NCBI GenBank assembly: GCA_963832165.1 | Contig: CAWHTE010000002.1 | Coordinates: 1-64,000 of the forward strand | Length of the DNA stretch: 64,000 nt | DNA from: an uncultured delta proteobacterium | Lineage (GTDB): Bacteria; Myxococcota_A; UBA9160; SMWR01 | Reading direction: 5' to 3' | Shown here: in pieces, positions 59,925-64,000 of the stretch | Numbering within the stretch: the stretch's first letter is position 1 | How the letters are laid out: the number at the start of each line of letters is the position of its first letter | Translations under genes and position numbers: made by a program | The notes under the pieces: generated by a model | What the model saw: the letters and a program-made list of their open reading frames with translations, nothing else | What the model was told of the DNA's origin: nothing | Databases searched by the model: none

Positions 59925-60647
59925 TTGGCACTGTTGCTCATCGGCGTCGGGTGCACGGACCTGGCCCACTCGGTGCGGCACACCCGGTTCCTGCCCGGCA
60001 GCTGTGGAGCCGCGGCCGTCGTGGTGGTCGGGCTGCTGGCCGGGCTCACCGGCTGGCCCGACCTGGTGGCGGTACTGCTGGTGGCGGCGTTCGCGTTCGG
60101 CTGGGAGCTGGTGGTCAGCCGCGGGTTCGCCGCGCGCCAGGCCTGGCTGCCGCTGACCCTGCTCACGCTGGCGATCGCCGGCGCGGCACTCCTGTCGGGA
60201 CAGGCGGGCTCGGTCGACGGCGCCCTCGGCCGGTGGGTGGCGCAGGTCCCGCTGCCGGTGCTGTCGGACCTCGACGGCGACGGGCTGCTGCTGCTGGCGG
60301 GCGCCGTGGTGGTCCAGCTCTCGACGGGCAACGTCCTGGTCCGCCTGGTGCTGGCCGCCACCGGAACCATCACGACCAACCCCCACGGCGCTTCCCGGGG
60401 CCCCGAGCGACGGCTCAAGGGCGGCCGGCTGCTGGGTCCTCTCGAGCGGCTGTTCATCCTCGGGCTCGGTCTCGCCGGCAACCTGACCGCCGCCGCGATC
60501 GTGGTCGCCGCCAAGGGACTGCTCCGCTGGCCGGAGCTGTCCTCACCCTCTGAGCAGGACCGGGTGCATCGCCTGACCGAGTACTTCCTGGTCGGCTCGT
60601 TCGTCAGCTGGCTGGTGGCCCTGGCGGGTCTGGTACTGCTGGGCTGA
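59925..60647 (+). CDS. DUF3307/SatE-like membrane protein
   Basis: Multi-TM; LKGGRLLGPLER, AAKGLLRWPEL, TEYFLVGSFVS. Confidence 0.8.
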   Translation: MALLLIGVGCTDLAHSVRHTRFLPGSCGAAAVVVVGLLAGLTGWPDLVAVLLVAAFAFGWELVVSRGFAARQAWLPLTLLTLAIAGAALLSGQAGSVDGALGRWVAQVPLPVLSDLDGDGLLLLAGAVVVQLSTGNVLVRLVLAATGTITTNPHGASRGPERRLKGGRLLGPLERLFILGLGLAGNLTAAAIVVAAKGLLRWPELSSPSEQDRVHRLTEYFLVGSFVSWLVALAGLVLLG

Positions 60648-61167
60648 GGTCTGCGCCGACACCGGGGCCGGCCTCGGCGCGCTCCTCGAGCTCGTTCAGC
60701 AGGCTGCGCAGCTCCGAGCGCAGGAAGTCGCGGGTCGCGACCTCGCCGACCGACATCCGCAGCGAGGCGACCTCGCGGGCGAGGAACTCCATGTCGGCGT
60801 GGGCGCGCGAGTCGGCCTGCCGGTCCTGCTCGGCGATCACCCGGTCGCGCGCCTCCTGCCGGTTCTGCGCCAGCAGGATCAGCGGGGCGGCGTACGACGC
60901 CTGCAGGCTGAGCATCAGGGTCAGGAAGATGAACGGGTACTCGTCGAACTGCATCGGCGATTCGTCCGGCCACGAGAAGTTCCAGACGACCCAGAAGACG
61001 ACAAAGATCGTCATGTAGATCAGGAACCGCGCCGTCCCCAAGAAGCGCGCGAACTGCTCGGCGAACGTGCCTAAGGTGTCCGGGTCGTAGGCGGGCCGCC
61101 GCACGAGCTTGCGCCGGGTCTCGCGTGGCGTGTCGAGGCGGGCCCGACGTGAGGTGGTCTCAGACAC
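60604..61167 (-). CDS. DUF1003 membrane protein
   Basis: FD.YPFIFLTLMLSLQASYAAPLILLAQNRQ. Confidence 0.93.
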   Translation of the reverse strand: MSETTSRRARLDTPRETRRKLVRRPAYDPDTLGTFAEQFARFLGTARFLIYMTIFVVFWVVWNFSWPDESPMQFDEYPFIFLTLMLSLQASYAAPLILLAQNRQEARDRVIAEQDRQADSRAHADMEFLAREVASLRMSVGEVATRDFLRSELRSLLNELEERAEAGPGVGADLSPAVPDPPGPPAS

Positions 61168-62408
61168 GTGCGCACCGCCCGGTCGCGCCAGTTCTCCGGG
61201 AGCATGTGGTCGAGCAGGTCGTCGACGGTGACGGCGCCGAGCAGGTGGCCGTCCTCGTCCACGACGGGAGCGGCGACCAGGTTGTACGTCGCGAGGTGGG
61301 CGGCGACCTCGTCGATGGTGGCGGCGGAGCGCAGGTTCTCCATCGAGTCGTCGAGGGCGCCGGCCACCAGGGTCGACGGGGGCTCGCGCAGCAGCCGCTG
61401 GATGTGGGCGACGCCGAGGAACCGGCCGGTCGGCGTCTCGAGCGGCGGCCGGCACACGTAGACCAGCGCGGCCAGTGCCGGGGTGAGGTCGGGGTTGCGG
61501 ACGTGGGCCAGCGCGTCGGCGATGGTGGCGTCGGGACCGAGGATCACCGGCTCGGACGTCATCATCGCGCCGGCGGTGTTCTCGACGTACGACATCAGTC
61601 GCTTGACGTCCTCCGCCTCGTCGGGCTCCATCAGCTGGAGCAGGATCTCGGCGGTCTCGGGCGGCAGCTCCGCGATCAGGTCGGCCGCGTCGTCGGGGTC
61701 CATCTCCTCGAGCACGTCGGCGGCCCGCTCGCTCTCGAGCTGGCCCATGATCTCGACCTGGTCCTCCTCGGGCAGCTCCTCGAGGACGTCGGCGAGCCGC
61801 TCGTCGGTGAGGGCCGCGACCACGGCGGTACGCCGTTCGAACGGGAGGTCATGGATGACGCTCGCCGCGTCGGCCGGGCGGAGCTCGTTGAGCGCGTGGA
61901 TCAGCTGGGTGGCGCCCTGGGTGGGCTCGCGCTTCGTGAGTCCCTGGACCTCGCCCCACTCGACCACGTGGGTCTGGCCGCGCCGGCGCAGCGCCTTGGC
62001 CGGCTCCTGAATGGCCACCCGGCAGAGCACCCAGTCGCGGTTGCGGGCCTGCTCCATCGCCACGTCGTAGACCGTGCCCGTCACCCCGGTCGCCGTCACC
62101 GTGACCACGCGGTCGAAGAGCTGGCCGACGACCAGCGTCTCGGTGGGCCGTTGCTCGAAGCGCCGCATGTTCAGCAGCCCGGTCGTGTAGACCTGTCCGC
62201 TGTCGATGTTCGTGACCCGCGTCATCGGCACGAAGATCCGCCGGCGACCGAACACCTCGGCGACCATCCCGAGGACGCGGGGCTGGCTGACCTCGGACCG
62301 CAGCGCGACCACGAGGTCGCGCACCTTGCCGACCTGGTCGCCCTGGGGGTCGAAGATCGGCAGTCCGACGAGCCGCGCGGCGTACACGCGGGACGGGCTG
62401 GTGCTCAC
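61160..62408 (-). CDS. MgtE N-terminal/CBS domain protein
   Basis: PRC barrel, ADVLEEM.PDDAADL, TAGAMMT, YNLVAAPVVD, VTVDDLLDH.LP..WR. Confidence 0.92.
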
Positions 62409-62448
62409 GTCTGCGAACGCTACTCGGGCCGGGTGCCAGGATGGGTGC

Positions 62449-63603
62449 ATGACGCGGCCCCACCGACGAGTGGTGCTGCACGTCGGTTTGCCCAAGACCG
62501 GGACGACGTACCTGCAGGCCGTGCTCGCCCACCACCGCGACGCGCTGCGCGAGGCGGGCGTCCTGTACCCCTTCATGAAGCCGCAGGCGATGTTCCTCGG
62601 CGCGGTGGAGGTGCGCGGCAGCCGCGACAAGTTCGGGCTCAGCGAGGCGGACGTCGCCGGCACCTGGCAGGCGCTGTGCGACCGGGTCCGGGCGCACGAG
62701 GGCCCGAGCGTCATCAGTCACGAGATCCTGGGCGGCGCCGAGCCGGCGGAGATCGCGGCCGCGCTCGCGCCGCTCGCCGGACTCGACGTCGACGTCGTGA
62801 TCACGGCGCGCGACCTCGGCCGGCAGGCCACGGCGCACTGGCAGGAGGAGGTCAAGCTCGGCGACACGCGCTCGTTCGCCGAGATGGAGCGCGACCAGTT
62901 CCGGGCCGACGTGCCCGGCGGCCACCGGCCGCACTTCTGGCACGCGCAGGACTACGCGGCGGCCTTGCGCCGGTGGTCGTCGGCGGTTCAGGCCGATCGG
63001 GTGCACCTCGTCGCCGGCCCGCCGCCCGGGGCCGCGTCCGACGAGCTCTGGCGGCGCTTCGCCGACGCGTGCGGGATCGCCGAACAGGTCGAGGGCGTCG
63101 TGGACGCCGACGCCGTCAGTCCGGCCAACCTCTCCCTGACGACCGAGGCGATCGCGCTGCTGCGCAGCCTCAACGCGGAGCTGGACGGACGGATCACGCC
63201 TCGCGAGCACGCGCGTCTCGTCAAGCGTGAGCTGGGGGAGGGGCGACTGGCCGGCCTCCCCGGTACGCCGCCCCGGACGCCCGCCTCCCTGGCCGACGTC
63301 CTGCTGCCGGCGGCCGCCGCCTGGCGGCACCAGATCGAGGATGGCGGACATCCCGTCCACGGCTCCCTCGACGACCTCGCGCCCGTGCTGGCCGGGCCCG
63401 GCGACCCGCATCCGGACGCCGTACCGCCCGGCGTCCCCGATCCCGATGAGGTGGCGGAGCTGGCCCGCGAGGTCCTCCGGCGAGCGGCCGCGTGGCGCGT
63501 AGACTCAGGTCATGAAGGCACGGGGAACTCTGGCGGCGCTGCTTCTCCCGCTCGCCCTGTCACTGGTCGCCTGCGGCGGCGACTCGGACTCGACCGCGAC
63601 TGA
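62449..63603 (+). CDS. Sulfotransferase-like P-loop protein
   Basis: LHVGLPKTGTTYLQ, ISHEIL, TARDL.RQ...WQE, N.SL. Confidence 0.85.
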   Translation: MTRPHRRVVLHVGLPKTGTTYLQAVLAHHRDALREAGVLYPFMKPQAMFLGAVEVRGSRDKFGLSEADVAGTWQALCDRVRAHEGPSVISHEILGGAEPAEIAAALAPLAGLDVDVVITARDLGRQATAHWQEEVKLGDTRSFAEMERDQFRADVPGGHRPHFWHAQDYAAALRRWSSAVQADRVHLVAGPPPGAASDELWRRFADACGIAEQVEGVVDADAVSPANLSLTTEAIALLRSLNAELDGRITPREHARLVKRELGEGRLAGLPGTPPRTPASLADVLLPAAAAWRHQIEDGGHPVHGSLDDLAPVLAGPGDPHPDAVPPGVPDPDEVAELAREVLRRAAAWRVDSGHEGTGNSGGAASPARPVTGRLRRRLGLDRD

Positions 63604-63940
63604 TCCCGAGGCCTCGGACTCCTCGACCGCGACCGACACTCCCAGCTCCGCGGAGCCCACCGAGTCGGCGGAGCCCACCGAGAGCACGCCGCCGACCCCC
63701 GACTGGCCCGCGTGCGGCGACGTCTGGGTGGCCGACGCCACGGTGCCGCTCGGCTACAAGGGCTGCCTCGAGGGCGACACGGCCGTGAAGGCCGACAACC
63801 TGTCGTGCTCGTCGGGCCAGCGCATCATCCGTTACGACGACCGCTTCTACGGTGTGGCCGGCGGCAAGATCTACGAGACCTCCGCGCCGCTCGAGAAGGA
63901 CAAGCAGTACCTCAAGATGATCCGCACCTGCCGCGGCTGA
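63512..63940 (+). CDS. Putative lipoprotein
   Basis: Lipobox LVAC, S/T/P-rich linker, 4 further Cys; TAGACT -10 six nt before ATG. Confidence 0.8.
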   Translation: MKARGTLAALLLPLALSLVACGGDSDSTATDPEASDSSTATDTPSSAEPTESAEPTESTPPTPDWPACGDVWVADATVPLGYKGCLEGDTAVKADNLSCSSGQRIIRYDDRFYGVAGGKIYETSAPLEKDKQYLKMIRTCRG

Positions 63941-64000
63941 TCCGTGGGCGTGATTTGTCGGGCTTGACGCCTGGCCAGTTATAGTGCCGCTTCGGCGTCA

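Overview
High-GC actinobacterial chromosome segment; gene content and order suggest a Nocardioides-like organism (inference). Several stretches (about 5.5-10.4, 12-34 and 55.5-59.7 kb) carry dense single-base indels, including in housekeeping genes (prfB, cofD, mrp; ahcY and mtrB elsewhere), so I read most frameshifts as long-read consensus errors rather than pseudogenes; coordinates of broken genes are reconstructed and approximate. Contents in order: accessory/maturation cluster of a group 1h-type [NiFe]-hydrogenase (hypB, hhyE, hhaABC, protease, small ORF; convergent hypFCDE plus a muconolactone-isomerase-like/XRE ORF); MFS transporter; Tad/Flp pilus operon; Phd-RelE toxin-antitoxin pair; GH16; DRGH nuclease; sphingosine-1-phosphate-lyase-like gene coupled to an FGGY kinase; prfB; a deleted DUF222/HNH gene; cofD-cofE; whiB, GT2, manB region; two-component system; ahcY, mtrAB-lpqB-comF, raiA-motif ncRNA, hpf; AlkZ-like glycosylase; secA; tatB-like, mrp, satD pair, mgtE-N. 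Best leads: (i) a GTCCACAG element at identical spacing before the predicted -10 of both the tad operon and comF, suggesting a competence regulon; (ii) the SPL + FGGY kinase operon; (iii) a raiA ncRNA with its own promoter and an inserted hairpin; (iv) a candidate regulator and operator for hypFCDE; (v) PafBC-type promoters; (vi) a 32-bp-periodic inverted repeat element. No tRNA, rRNA, CRISPR array or intact IS was seen. Family assignments come from recalled motifs, not database searches.
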